A stretch of DNA of 64,000 bases, from positions 1-64,000 of the forward strand of contig CAWEZH010000003.1 of the NCBI GenBank assembly GCA_963813535.1, in the 5' to 3' direction. The position numbers and the translations under genes are program-made. Under the pieces are notes generated by a model, which saw only the letters and a program-made list of their open reading frames with translations, searched no databases and had not been told where the DNA came from. Below, one piece after another: positions 9,122-18,698 of the stretch. The DNA is from an uncultured Chloroflexia bacterium. GTDB taxonomy: Bacteria > Chloroflexota > Limnocylindria > Limnocylindrales > CSP1-4. The number at the start of each line of letters is the position of its first letter. The stretch's first letter is position 1.

Positions 9122-10708
9122 TCAGACGCCAGGTGAGAACGGCCAGAACACCGGCACGAGCAGCACCGAGACCGCGAAGAACACGGCCATCACGGCGATG
9201 CCCAGCTTCCAGTAGTCGCCGAAGCGATAGCCGGCCGCACCCATCGCGATGAGATTGACGGGCGTCGCCACCGGGGTCAGCAGCGCCGCCGCCGCGGCGA
9301 CGCTGATCGACATCAGCACGGGCCGGACGTCGACGCCCAGCTCACCGGACGCGGCGACGCCGATCGGGATCATGATCAGGGCCGTCGCGGTGTTGCTGAT
9401 GAGCTGGCCGAAGATCGCGGTCACGACGAACAGCCCGGCAAGCAACCCGTACGGACCGAGCCCACCGACGACGTCGACCAGGACCTCGGCGACCAGGTCC
9501 GCGGCACCGGACGCGAACATCGCGGTCGAGAGCGGCAGCATGGCCGCGACGAGCACGACCGTCGTCCACGTGATCGACCGGTACGCCCGCTCGACCGAGA
9601 CGACGCGGAGCACGATGAGCGCACCCGCCGCGAGCAGCCCGGCGACCGCCGGGGGCACGAGCCCGGTGACGAGCAATACGACCATCCCGACCAGGATCCC
9701 GATCGATTCCCAGGCTCGCAACCCGAATGGGACCGCCTGGCGCCGGACGACCTCCGGATGGTCGACGACCAGGACGCCCGGATCGCTCGCCTTGGCATCG
9801 AGCGCCTCCCATGGGCCTTGCAGGAGCAGCGCATCGCCGACGGCCAGGTCGACAGGCTTCTCCCCGAGGTCCTCGCCCTTCCGCCGGATGGCGGCCACGA
9901 CGAGGTCGCCGTCCTCGGTCGTCATCCCCTGGAAGACCCGTTCCCCGACGAACGGCGAGCGAGGCGGGATGACCACTTCCGCCAATCCGATCTCGCGATC
10001 GAAGCCGCCGGAGCTGCCGAGGGCTCCGGAGCCCGCGCTGTACTCGTCGACGAGGGTGCGAGCGTGCCGGCTGAGGTCGGCGGAGATCGTCTGCGGCGTC
10101 CGGACCGGCAGCAGTCGGTCGCTCAGCAGCACCGTGACGAGGACGGTCCCCAGCAGCAGCGGCACGCCGACGAGTCCGAACTCGAAGAACCCGAACGCCT
10201 GCCCGCGGTAGTCCAGCAGCGCGTCCGAGACCAGCAGGTTCACGTTCGAGCCGGTCAGCGCCAGCTGGGAGCCTGCATGCGCCCCGAAGCACAGCGGGAT
10301 GAGCAGCTTCGAGGGGCTGATCCCGAGGCGCGTGGCCGTCACGACAACGACCGGCAGCAACGCGGCCACGGACGCGTTGACGGTGACGAACGCCGTCAGG
10401 AACGCGACCGTCAGCATCATCAGCACGAGCAAGCGGGTGCGGCTGGCACCGGCCCGGTCGATCAGCTGCTGACCGGCCCAGGCGGTCACACCGGTCGACT
10501 CGAGCCCCTCACTGACGACGAACAGGGTCGCGATGAAGATGATGACCGGGTCGCCGAACCCGGCCAGGCTCTGCTCGATCGTCAGCACACCGGTCGCCGC
10601 CAGGACGAGCGCGGCGCCGATCGCGACCACCTCGACCGGCAGGCGGCCCCACACGAACAGCAGCACGAGGCCCGCGAGGACCGCGAACGTGATGGCGATG
10701 TCGCTCAT
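9122..10708 (-). CDS. SLC13/DASS-family permease with TrkA-C domain
   Basis: Many TM helices; motifs LAGFGDPVIIFIATLFVVSEGL, EVVIPPRSPFVG (TrkA-C), ISNTATA, TPVATPVN, GYRFGDYWKLG. Confidence 0.9.
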   Translation of the reverse strand: MSDIAITFAVLAGLVLLFVWGRLPVEVVAIGAALVLAATGVLTIEQSLAGFGDPVIIFIATLFVVSEGLESTGVTAWAGQQLIDRAGASRTRLLVLMMLTVAFLTAFVTVNASVAALLPVVVVTATRLGISPSKLLIPLCFGAHAGSQLALTGSNVNLLVSDALLDYRGQAFGFFEFGLVGVPLLLGTVLVTVLLSDRLLPVRTPQTISADLSRHARTLVDEYSAGSGALGSSGGFDREIGLAEVVIPPRSPFVGERVFQGMTTEDGDLVVAAIRRKGEDLGEKPVDLAVGDALLLQGPWEALDAKASDPGVLVVDHPEVVRRQAVPFGLRAWESIGILVGMVVLLVTGLVPPAVAGLLAAGALIVLRVVSVERAYRSITWTTVVLVAAMLPLSTAMFASGAADLVAEVLVDVVGGLGPYGLLAGLFVVTAIFGQLISNTATALIMIPIGVAASGELGVDVRPVLMSISVAAAAALLTPVATPVNLIAMGAAGYRFGDYWKLGIAVMAVFFAVSVLLVPVFWPFSPGV

Positions 10709-10738
10709 CGCACCGTCGGCGCGGGCGTCACCCGGCCG

Positions 10739-12391
10739 TCAGGCCTGGACCGGGTATCCCGGCCCGAGTGGCAGCCCCGTGATGAACCACAGGGCGAACA
10801 GGAGGATCCAGACGATCGCGATGACGACCACGTACGGGATCATCAACGCGATGATCGTGCCGATGCCGGCGTCCTTCTGGTAGCGCTGCGCGATGGTCAC
10901 CATGAACGGCAGGTAGACCATCAGCGGCGTCACGACGTTGAGCGGCGAATCGGCGACACGGTAGGCGGCCAGACCGGTCTGGGGCGGCACCCCGAGCTGG
11001 ATGAACAGCGGCACGAAGATCGGGGCGAAGATCGCCCACTTCGGCACGATGCCCGGGATGATGATGTCGAGCAGCATGATGATGACGATCATCCCGAGCA
11101 GCAGCGGCAGCGCCGGGATCCCGGCGGATTGCAGCCATTCGGCGAGCGTGACGGCGAGGACGCTCGGCAGATTCGTGTAATTGAAGTACGCGATGAACTG
11201 GCTGATCATCAACAGCATGAAGACGAGGCCGGCGAGCCCGGCGAACGTCTTCGTGACCGCCGCGATGACGTCGCCGCTGCCCTTGAACGTCCCCGCCCCG
11301 TACCCATACGCGGTGCCGGCGATCAGGAAGAACATGGCGATGATGAACAGCAGGCTGTCCATGAACGGGGTCGTCCCGATGATGTCGCCGGTCTCCGGGT
11401 CGCGGAGCGGGGCGCCTTCGGGCACCGTGAACACCAGGATCAGCGCGAGGAAGCCAAGGAAGGCGTACAGAGCGAAGCGCAGGCCGCGCTTCTCGGCCGC
11501 GGGATCGTGGGTGCTCTCATCGACGGCGACCACCCCCGCGGCGTCGAATGCCCCGAGCCGCGGCTCGACGATCCGCTCCGTCACGACCGCCGCGACGATG
11601 GCCAGGACGATCGATGACACGATGCTGAAGAACCAGTTGGCGACGATCGTCAGCGGCTCGGCCCCGGCCGACCCGAGGGCCTCGTTGGTGATCTCGGTCA
11701 TCATCGCGTCGATCGGGCCGAGGATCGGGTTCACCCCGAACACCGCACCCACGCCGGCGAAGCACGCGGCCATCCCGGCCAGCGGATGCCGTCCGACGCT
11801 CATGAACGCCGCGGCGCCCAGCGGCACCAGGATCAGGTAACCGGCGTCGGACGCGACGCTCGAGAGCACGCCGACAAAGATCAGGATGAACGCGAGAAGC
11901 CGGCGCGGTGACGCGCCGACGAGCAGCCGGATGAGCGCCGCCATCAGCCCGCTGGCCTCGGCCACGCCGGCACCCATCAGCGCGACGAATGTCACAGCGA
12001 CGACCCCGAAGCCGGCGAAGTTCGGGACGAACGACGTGAAGATGAAGCGGATGCCCTCGATCGAGATCATCCCCTTGATGGGGATCGTGACCTCTTCGAT
12101 GTGCCAGCCGTCCTCGTAGCCCGATCCGAGCTCGTTCGGCTCGGGCTCGATGATCGGCGTCGTCGAGTCCTCGTAGTAATCGGGGATGACCTGGACCGTG
12201 TCGGGAACGACGATCTCCTCGGTCACGCTCACGCCCGCGAACGCCAGCACCGACGACAGGATCACGACGCCGATGATCAGGTAGAGGAACATCAGCACGG
12301 GGTGCGGGACCTTGTTGCCGGCGCGCTCGATGAGGTTCAGGAAACCCTTCGAGCCGGCGGGCTCGGGCTGGGCGAGGGTGGCCGCGGTCAT
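10739..12391 (-). CDS. abgT: AbgT-family transporter
   Basis: Motifs FLNLIERAGNKVPHPVLMF, GVAEASGL, SDAGY, GRHPLAGMAACFAGV, KWAIFAPIFVP, AAYRVADS. Confidence 0.9.
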   Translation of the reverse strand: MTAATLAQPEPAGSKGFLNLIERAGNKVPHPVLMFLYLIIGVVILSSVLAFAGVSVTEEIVVPDTVQVIPDYYEDSTTPIIEPEPNELGSGYEDGWHIEEVTIPIKGMISIEGIRFIFTSFVPNFAGFGVVAVTFVALMGAGVAEASGLMAALIRLLVGASPRRLLAFILIFVGVLSSVASDAGYLILVPLGAAAFMSVGRHPLAGMAACFAGVGAVFGVNPILGPIDAMMTEITNEALGSAGAEPLTIVANWFFSIVSSIVLAIVAAVVTERIVEPRLGAFDAAGVVAVDESTHDPAAEKRGLRFALYAFLGFLALILVFTVPEGAPLRDPETGDIIGTTPFMDSLLFIIAMFFLIAGTAYGYGAGTFKGSGDVIAAVTKTFAGLAGLVFMLLMISQFIAYFNYTNLPSVLAVTLAEWLQSAGIPALPLLLGMIVIIMLLDIIIPGIVPKWAIFAPIFVPLFIQLGVPPQTGLAAYRVADSPLNVVTPLMVYLPFMVTIAQRYQKDAGIGTIIALMIPYVVVIAIVWILLFALWFITGLPLGPGYPVQA

Positions 12392-12410
12392 CGGTCTCGA
12401 CCCTCCTGGG

Positions 12411-13931
12411 TCAGCGGTTCACGGCGGTGGGCGGGCGTCGTCGCTGCGTCGGGCGGAAATCGGTGGCGAACGTCGCGAGCAGGCGCGTGCCGAACGCGGT
12501 CGCTCCGGTCGGGCGCCATCCGTCGTCGCTCTCTACGACCATCGGGCCGCAGATATCGAGGTGGCCGAACGGCGTGCCGTCGACGAAGTCCTCGAGGAAC
12601 AGCCCGGCGGTGATGGTCCCGGCGTCCGCGCCGCCCATGTTCTTGATGTCAGCGATCTTCGAGTCGAGCATCCCGCGGTATTTGCGGACGAGCGGCAGCT
12701 CCCACAGGGGCTCGTCGGTGGTGTCGCCGGCCGCGCGGAGCTGCGTGACGACGCCAGGATCGTTGCCGAGGACGGGGGCGAGGGCGCTGCCGAACGTGCG
12801 CATCGCCGCCCCGGTCAGCGTGGCGATGGTGACGATCGCGTCGGCACCATCCTCGACCGCGAGGGCCAGCCCGTCGGCCATCACCAGACGCCCCTCCGCG
12901 TCGGCATTGACGACCTCGACGGTCTTGCCGCCGCGGATCGTGAGCACGTCGCCGAGCCGGGTCGCCGTCCCGGACGGCATGTTGTCCGTGCACATGAGAT
13001 AGCCGGTGACGGTCGCCCGGCCGCCGAGCTTGGCGAGCGCGACCATCGCGCCGAGGATCGCCGCGGCGCCCGACATGTCGAGCTTCATCAACGCGTGCAT
13101 GGCGTCGGAGGGCTTCAGGCTGATGCCGCCCGAGTCGTACATGATCCCCTTGCCGACGAGCGCAAGGTGCCCCGAGGAGCGACCGGCCGGCCGGTAGGTC
13201 AGCTTGATCAACCGTGCCTCTTCGTCGCTGCCGGCGTTGACACCCAGCAAGCCGCCGCAGCCCATCTTCACCAGGGCTTTCTGATCGAACACGTCGACGT
13301 CGAGCCCGACCTCCTTGCCTACCTCCTTTGCGACATCGCCCATCCGCGTCGCGGTGAGATGAGTGGCCGGCGCGTTGCACAGGTCGCGCGCGAGGTTCGT
13401 CGCGCGGGCCATGACCAGGCCGCGCGCGGCACCCGAGCGCGTGGCGACAGCTCGTCGCCCATCGACCACGAGCGTGAGGCTCGTGAGGGGGGCGTCCTGG
13501 GGCCGGTCGGCGAAGACGCGGTATCGATAGCGCGCAAGGACGACGCCCTCGACCGCTGCCCGCGCCACGTCGTTGGCCCCGATGTCGTCGATCCCGCGCA
13601 GGTCCAGGACGAGCTCGGCATGACGGTGGGCTCGCTGGGCGAACCACGCGGCGGCGTCGCGGATGGTGGCCGGCCACACGTCGGCCCGGGGACCCAGGCC
13701 GGTCTCGATGACGAGTGGTCCATCGATCTGCGGAAGCGCAAGCGTCTGGCCCACGGATCCCGAGAAATCCGACGCGTCGAGGGTGGCCCGGTCGAAGCCC
13801 GCGCGCTCCGGAACCGCTCCGTCAGCCGCGACCGGGAGGCCGACGACCGTCGCATCGTCCGGCACGGTCGTGGCAACGCGGATGTCGAGCGTCGATCGGC
13901 GCCACGACGGGATCGGATCGAAGGTGGTCAA
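12411..13931 (-). CDS. pepA: Leucyl aminopeptidase (peptidase M17)
   Basis: Motifs LVGKGIMYDSGGISLK, MKLDMSGAA, NADAEGRL, ATLTGA, GHLDICG. Confidence 0.93.
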   Translation of the reverse strand: MTTFDPIPSWRRSTLDIRVATTVPDDATVVGLPVAADGAVPERAGFDRATLDASDFSGSVGQTLALPQIDGPLVIETGLGPRADVWPATIRDAAAWFAQRAHRHAELVLDLRGIDDIGANDVARAAVEGVVLARYRYRVFADRPQDAPLTSLTLVVDGRRAVATRSGAARGLVMARATNLARDLCNAPATHLTATRMGDVAKEVGKEVGLDVDVFDQKALVKMGCGGLLGVNAGSDEEARLIKLTYRPAGRSSGHLALVGKGIMYDSGGISLKPSDAMHALMKLDMSGAAAILGAMVALAKLGGRATVTGYLMCTDNMPSGTATRLGDVLTIRGGKTVEVVNADAEGRLVMADGLALAVEDGADAIVTIATLTGAAMRTFGSALAPVLGNDPGVVTQLRAAGDTTDEPLWELPLVRKYRGMLDSKIADIKNMGGADAGTITAGLFLEDFVDGTPFGHLDICGPMVVESDDGWRPTGATAFGTRLLATFATDFRPTQRRRPPTAVNR

Positions 13932-13944
13932 CCCAAGTCCTCCG

Positions 13945-14361
13945 TCAGCTGAAGGTCATCGTCCCGGCACTGTTGGTCAGCACGAGCTGCGACCCGTTGA
14001 TCGCGTAGTTCGTGGTCCCGGTGAGACCGGCGAGGTACACGTCGGCCAGGGAGCCCTCGGGGCACGCCGCCATCGTCGAAGGACCCGGGGTGATCGTGAT
14101 GCTACCGGCGTCGGTCGACGTGAACTGACCGGCCACGCGGTTGCAGTCGACCTGCGAGGCGAAACTCCCATCGGGCATCAACTCGAGCGTGTACTTCGAG
14201 GGGTCTGCGATCGTGCTCGCGCCTTCGAGCGTCGAGGCCGTCCACTGCCATGTCTTGCCCGTCAGCGTCTGCGCACTGGCTGACGGGGCGGCTGTCGAAC
14301 AGGCCGCGGTGAGGGCAGCGACGAGGCACAGGACGATGGCCATTCGAAGGACTATTCGCAC
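13945..14361 (-). CDS. META (HslJ-like) domain lipoprotein
   Basis: Lipobox LTAAC; motifs LTGKTWQW, DCNRVAG, STMAACP. GTG start 14361 has a GGAG RBS; start is approximate. Confidence 0.8.
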   Translation of the reverse strand: MRIVLRMAIVLCLVAALTAACSTAAPSASAQTLTGKTWQWTASTLEGASTIADPSKYTLELMPDGSFASQVDCNRVAGQFTSTDAGSITITPGPSTMAACPEGSLADVYLAGLTGTTNYAINGSQLVLTNSAGTMTFS

Positions 14362-14489
14362 GTGGACGTCTCCCGGGGCGCGCTCGCCGTTCGAGGATAC
14401 GGACATGCTCTCCGACGGCCGAGGGCGCCGACAGGCGAGCGCGCCCGGGCGCAGGCACGACGCGGGCCGCGTGGTGCCGCGCCGTCGGT

Positions 14490-15203
14490 CTAGCTGCCCC
14501 CGAAGGTCGGGGAACGCGCATCGACGATCGCCATGCGCGTCGCCGATGCGGTGGCGAACGATCGGAGCAGGGCGTCGAGGTCTGCCAGCGCGGCCTCGAC
14601 GTCCATTCGTGCCTGATCGTGGTGGCCCTCGACGGTGACGAGCACGTCCGTCGTTGAGGAGGAGCTCGCGCTCTCGGCCGACTGCCGCCAGCACCAGCGG
14701 CGCGCGGCGACGTGACCGGCGTCGTCGATGAAGATCACCTCGCCCGGTTCGGGCTGCTCGGTCGTCCCGGAGCCGAGGTCGGTGAACGTCTCGTCGCCGC
14801 TCGCGATGCGGACGGTGAGACCGCCATCGATCGAGCCAAGATCGAACATCGCGATCGGCAGCGCGTAGCGGATGCTCACGAGATTGCCGATATCGACGAG
14901 CGTGTTGATCGACGGGATCGAGCCCTGCTTCGTCAGTCGACGCAGCAGCGCCTCGGCCGCTGACCGATAGGCGGTCGGATCGACGCCGAAGGCACGGAAG
15001 GCGCGACGCCATGCCGCCAGGCTGGCCACCTCCGAGAGCGGCGTGTCACCGATGCGGTCCAGCGCGATGCGTTGTTCGTCGGCGAACGCCTCGGAGAGCT
15101 CGGTCGAGGACGGGCCATTACGGATGCCCTCAGCGCGGATCACCCCGCCGACGACAGCCGGGAATCGCTCGATGATCGGCTGGTCGTAGCGGAAGTCGGG
15201 CAC
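14490..15203 (-). CDS. Stand-alone B3/B4 (PheRS-beta editing-like) domain protein
   Basis: Motifs AWRRAFRAFGVDPTAYRSAAEALLRR, PSINTLVDIGNLVSIRYALPIAMFD, GEVIFIDD, RRWCWRQS. Confidence 0.88.
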   Translation of the reverse strand: MPDFRYDQPIIERFPAVVGGVIRAEGIRNGPSSTELSEAFADEQRIALDRIGDTPLSEVASLAAWRRAFRAFGVDPTAYRSAAEALLRRLTKQGSIPSINTLVDIGNLVSIRYALPIAMFDLGSIDGGLTVRIASGDETFTDLGSGTTEQPEPGEVIFIDDAGHVAARRWCWRQSAESASSSSTTDVLVTVEGHHDQARMDVEAALADLDALLRSFATASATRMAIVDARSPTFGGS

Positions 15204-15269
15204 CCAGGTAGTTTGGCTTCAGCAGCGATCCGTCGTGCCCCGGCCCCGCCGTGACGCTACGCTCCGCTC

Positions 15270-16448
15270 GTGGCGGACCAGGTGAGGGGCAGCATCCGCG
15301 CCGAGAGCGCGCAGTCGGTGACGTTCGTCGAGCTCTTCTTCGACCTGGTCTTCGTGTTCGCCGTCACGCAGCTCACCGTCCTGACCGCGCATGACCTCAC
15401 GCCGGACGGGATCCTGCGGTCGATCCTGCTCGGCTGGTTGATCTGGTGGGCATGGACCCAGTTCACGTGGACGCTCAACCCGGCCGATACGACCCACCCG
15501 CTGGTGCGGGTGATCACCCTTGCGGCGACTGGTCTGGCGCTGGTCATGGCCGCGTCGGTGCCCCGTGCGTTCGCCGAGGATGCGTTGTGGTTCGCGGTGC
15601 CGTACGTGCTCGTTCGTGTGCTGGGTCTGTGGCTGCAGGTCCAGGTCGAGCTCGAGCGGGCCGGCGCGAGTCACGCCGGCGTCATCCGATGGGCCGCCCT
15701 GTCCGCCATCGGTCTGGTACTCGTCCTGATCGGCGCCGTCGCGGATCCGTCTCTGCGGCCGTGGATCTGGTTGCTGGCGGTCCTGGCCGACCTCGTCGCC
15801 GCCGGCATCGCCGGGCGGAATACGGTCTGGGACCTGAACCCTGCACACCTATCGGAGCGACACGGGCTGTTCGTGATCATCGCGATCGGTGAGTCGCTCA
15901 TCGTGGCCGGTTCGACCGTCGCGAACGACGAGCGCTCGACGGCTCTCGCGGCGGCGGCAGCAGCGGCGATCGTCGTCGCGTGCCTGCTGTGGTGGACGTA
16001 CTTCGGGTGGCTGAAGGATGCCCTCGAGCACGGCTACGCGACCGCGCCACCGGAACGCAACGGACCGCTCGCACGGGACGCCTTCAGCCTGGCGCACTTC
16101 CCCCTCATCGCGGGCATCGTCGGCTTCGCGGTCGCGCTCGAGGAGATCGGTGCCCATCCCGAAGAGCCGGCGCCGGCGGCGGTCCTGGCGTCACTCGGGA
16201 TCGGCGTGACCCTGTTCGTGGCGAGCTCGGCGCTGTCACTGCGGCTGTGCGGGGGCAACCTCCTGCGAGCGCGGTTGGCGATCCTGGTCGTGATGCTCGT
16301 CGGGCTCGTCCTGGCCGCGCCGCTGCCGCCGGTCTGGCCGCTCGTGGTCGTTTCGGTCGCGCTCCTGGCGATCGTGCTCATCGAAGGCGCGGGACCCGAC
16401 GTGGCGCCCTCAGAGGCGCACGCGGTCGGGTCGCCCCGCGAGGCCTAG
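15270..16448 (+). CDS. ltrA: Low temperature requirement protein A (LtrA)
   Basis: Motifs VTFVELFFDLVFVFAVTQL, HLSERHGLFVIIAIGES, LWWTYF. TACGCT lies 6 nt before the GTG. Confidence 0.92.
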   Translation: MADQVRGSIRAESAQSVTFVELFFDLVFVFAVTQLTVLTAHDLTPDGILRSILLGWLIWWAWTQFTWTLNPADTTHPLVRVITLAATGLALVMAASVPRAFAEDALWFAVPYVLVRVLGLWLQVQVELERAGASHAGVIRWAALSAIGLVLVLIGAVADPSLRPWIWLLAVLADLVAAGIAGRNTVWDLNPAHLSERHGLFVIIAIGESLIVAGSTVANDERSTALAAAAAAAIVVACLLWWTYFGWLKDALEHGYATAPPERNGPLARDAFSLAHFPLIAGIVGFAVALEEIGAHPEEPAPAAVLASLGIGVTLFVASSALSLRLCGGNLLRARLAILVVMLVGLVLAAPLPPVWPLVVVSVALLAIVLIEGAGPDVAPSEAHAVGSPREA

Positions 16449-16459
16449 CCCACCAGGGA

Positions 16460-17224
16460 TCACCCCTGGCCGCGCTTGCGTTCCGCGAACGCACGCAGTC
16501 GCGCGCGGGTGTCCGCTGACCGGAAGCATTCGAGCTCGGCGTCCTGCTCGGCGCGCGTCGCACGAGCGAAGTCCCCGTCCATGCCCGCATGGATGAGCCG
16601 CTTGCTGTTGGCCACCCCGACCCGTGGGTACGAGGCGATCTGCCGCGCGAAGGATTCGGCCTCGGCCAGGAGCGCATCGGGCGCGACCACGCGGTCGACC
16701 AGGCCGATACGCTCGGCCTCCTCGGCGTCGATGTTCTCGGCCGACAGCGTGAGGTACATGGCGCGACCGAGCCCCACGATCCGCGGCAGCAGGTAGGTCA
16801 TGCCACTCGTCGGGCTGAGCCCGAGCGGCGTGTCGGGCAGGCCGAACTGGGTGCCGACCGCGGCGAAACGGATGTCGCACATCAGCGCGAGCTCGAAGCC
16901 ACCCGCGAGCGCGTAGCCGTGGATCGCCGCCACGATCGGTTTGGGACAGTCGCGGAACGTCGCCGAGACCCGCATGTAGCGCGCGATCGTCTCGGCGAAC
17001 GCGTCGTCGTCCATGCCGGACATCGCCGTGATGTCTCCCCCCGTCGAGAAGGCTCGGCCACGACCGCTCAGCACGGCCGCACCGATCTCCGCCGAACGGC
17101 CGACGAGCTCGACGGCGTCGAGGAGCTCGTCGAGCATCTCCGCGGTGATCGCGTTCAGCTTGTCGGGCCGGTCGAGCGTGATGAGCGCGACGTCGTCGCG
17201 AAGGTCGACATCCACGAGCGCCAC
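16460..17224 (-). CDS. Enoyl-CoA hydratase/isomerase
   Basis: Motifs ITLDRPDKLNA, FSTGGDI, KPIVAAIHGYALAGGFELALMCD. Confidence 0.92.
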   Translation of the reverse strand: MALVDVDLRDDVALITLDRPDKLNAITAEMLDELLDAVELVGRSAEIGAAVLSGRGRAFSTGGDITAMSGMDDDAFAETIARYMRVSATFRDCPKPIVAAIHGYALAGGFELALMCDIRFAAVGTQFGLPDTPLGLSPTSGMTYLLPRIVGLGRAMYLTLSAENIDAEEAERIGLVDRVVAPDALLAEAESFARQIASYPRVGVANSKRLIHAGMDGDFARATRAEQDAELECFRSADTRARLRAFAERKRGQG

Positions 17225-18642
17225 TAGACGACCTCCCCTCGATAGGTGCGGATGACCCGGCGTGTCTTGCCGTCCGTGGCGATGCTGCCGGCGTCAAGGA
17301 GCGTGACCGCGGGCGTGAAGTTCAGGTCGTTCCGCAGTCGCTTCACGATGTCCCGGGTGAGCTCGGCGCGTCGCTCGGGCGCGACATCGCGTGCAACCTC
17401 GACATCGAGCGGCACGGGGTAGTCGATCGGTGGCGGGCGGTCGAGGACGACCCGGAACTCCCCAGTGACGTCCGGTGCAAGGGTCAGGAGCGACGTCTGG
17501 ATCGCGAGCGGGAACACGTTCACCCCCTTGACGATGAACATATCGTCCGAACGTCCGAGGATGCGGAACCGGAAGCTCGTTCGCCCGCAGGCACACGGCT
17601 CCGTGAACACCTGCATGAGGTCGTGCGACCGCATGCGCATCAGCGGGCTGGCCTCGCGACGGATGGACGTATAGACCACCTCGCCTTGCTGCCCGTCGGT
17701 GAACGGCAGCGGGTCGCCGCTGTCGGGGTCGATCAGCTCGGCGATCGCGATGCCGGTCGCACCGAAGTGGACGCCGCTCCGTTCGTCGCACTCGCCGGAG
17801 TGGAGCCCCAGCTCACCGGTCCCGTACTGGTCGCGGGCGACCATGCCCCAGGTGTCCTCGATCCGCTCGCGGTAGCCGGGCACCTGCAGGCCGGCCTCAC
17901 CGGAGAAGTAGCCCCGGCGCAGGCCCACTGTCCGCGGCTCGAGGCCGAGTTCCTGGGCGACCTCGGCCAGGCGGATCGTGTACGACGGTGTCGACCAGAT
18001 CGCAACGTCGTCCTTGAGCCCGGCCATCATCCGGATCAGTCGCTCCGAGTGACCCACGCCGAACGGGATGGTCGCGGCGCCGAGCGCCTCGAACGTCATG
18101 TGATCGCTGAGACCGCCCGAGTACAGGTTGTAGTTCATGCACTCGAAGACGATGTCGCCCGGTCGGCAACCCATCGCCCAGAGCGCCTGCGCACCGACAT
18201 CCGAATAGTCCGCGATGTCCCGGCGCGTCAGTCCGATGCGGATCGGCTGTCCGGTCGTGCCACCTGTCGCCTGGATGCGGACGATCTGCTCGAGCGGTGC
18301 GCACTGGTTGACGCCGAGCAGGCTGCCATCGGCCTGCGAGGCCGCGATCTCGCTCTTCTCCATGAACGGGATCCGCGCGAGGTCGTCGACGGTGCGGATC
18401 TGGTCTGGCTTCACCCCGGCCGAGTCGAGCTTGGCCCGGTAGAAGTCGCTCGTGGCGTGGTTGTAGGCGATCTGCTCTCTCAGCCGTTCACTCTCGAGTC
18501 GCCGCACGTCCGCAGGCGACATCGTCTCGAGCTCTTCGTTCCAGAATCTCGGGTGCGGTCCGGGCCCCTCCGCCGTCGCTTGACGGTCGCCTGGTCTGAG
18601 CGGGACTGGGTCATGCCCCAAGTCTGCCCGACGGACGACCAC
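17224..18642 (-). CDS. Phenylacetate-CoA ligase (PaaK)-family acyl-CoA ligase
   Basis: Motifs FWNEELET, ATGGTTGQP, STPSY, DQYGTGE, GRSDDMFIVKGVNVFP. Start uncertain. Confidence 0.85.
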   Translation of the reverse strand: MVVRRADLGHDPVPLRPGDRQATAEGPGPHPRFWNEELETMSPADVRRLESERLREQIAYNHATSDFYRAKLDSAGVKPDQIRTVDDLARIPFMEKSEIAASQADGSLLGVNQCAPLEQIVRIQATGGTTGQPIRIGLTRRDIADYSDVGAQALWAMGCRPGDIVFECMNYNLYSGGLSDHMTFEALGAATIPFGVGHSERLIRMMAGLKDDVAIWSTPSYTIRLAEVAQELGLEPRTVGLRRGYFSGEAGLQVPGYRERIEDTWGMVARDQYGTGELGLHSGECDERSGVHFGATGIAIAELIDPDSGDPLPFTDGQQGEVVYTSIRREASPLMRMRSHDLMQVFTEPCACGRTSFRFRILGRSDDMFIVKGVNVFPLAIQTSLLTLAPDVTGEFRVVLDRPPPIDYPVPLDVEVARDVAPERRAELTRDIVKRLRNDLNFTPAVTLLDAGSIATDGKTRRVIRTYRGEVV

Positions 18643-18698
18643 TCGCAGACGCTTACCTGCAATCGATCCGGGAGCTCCGGAAGCCCGGCGGAGTCGCC

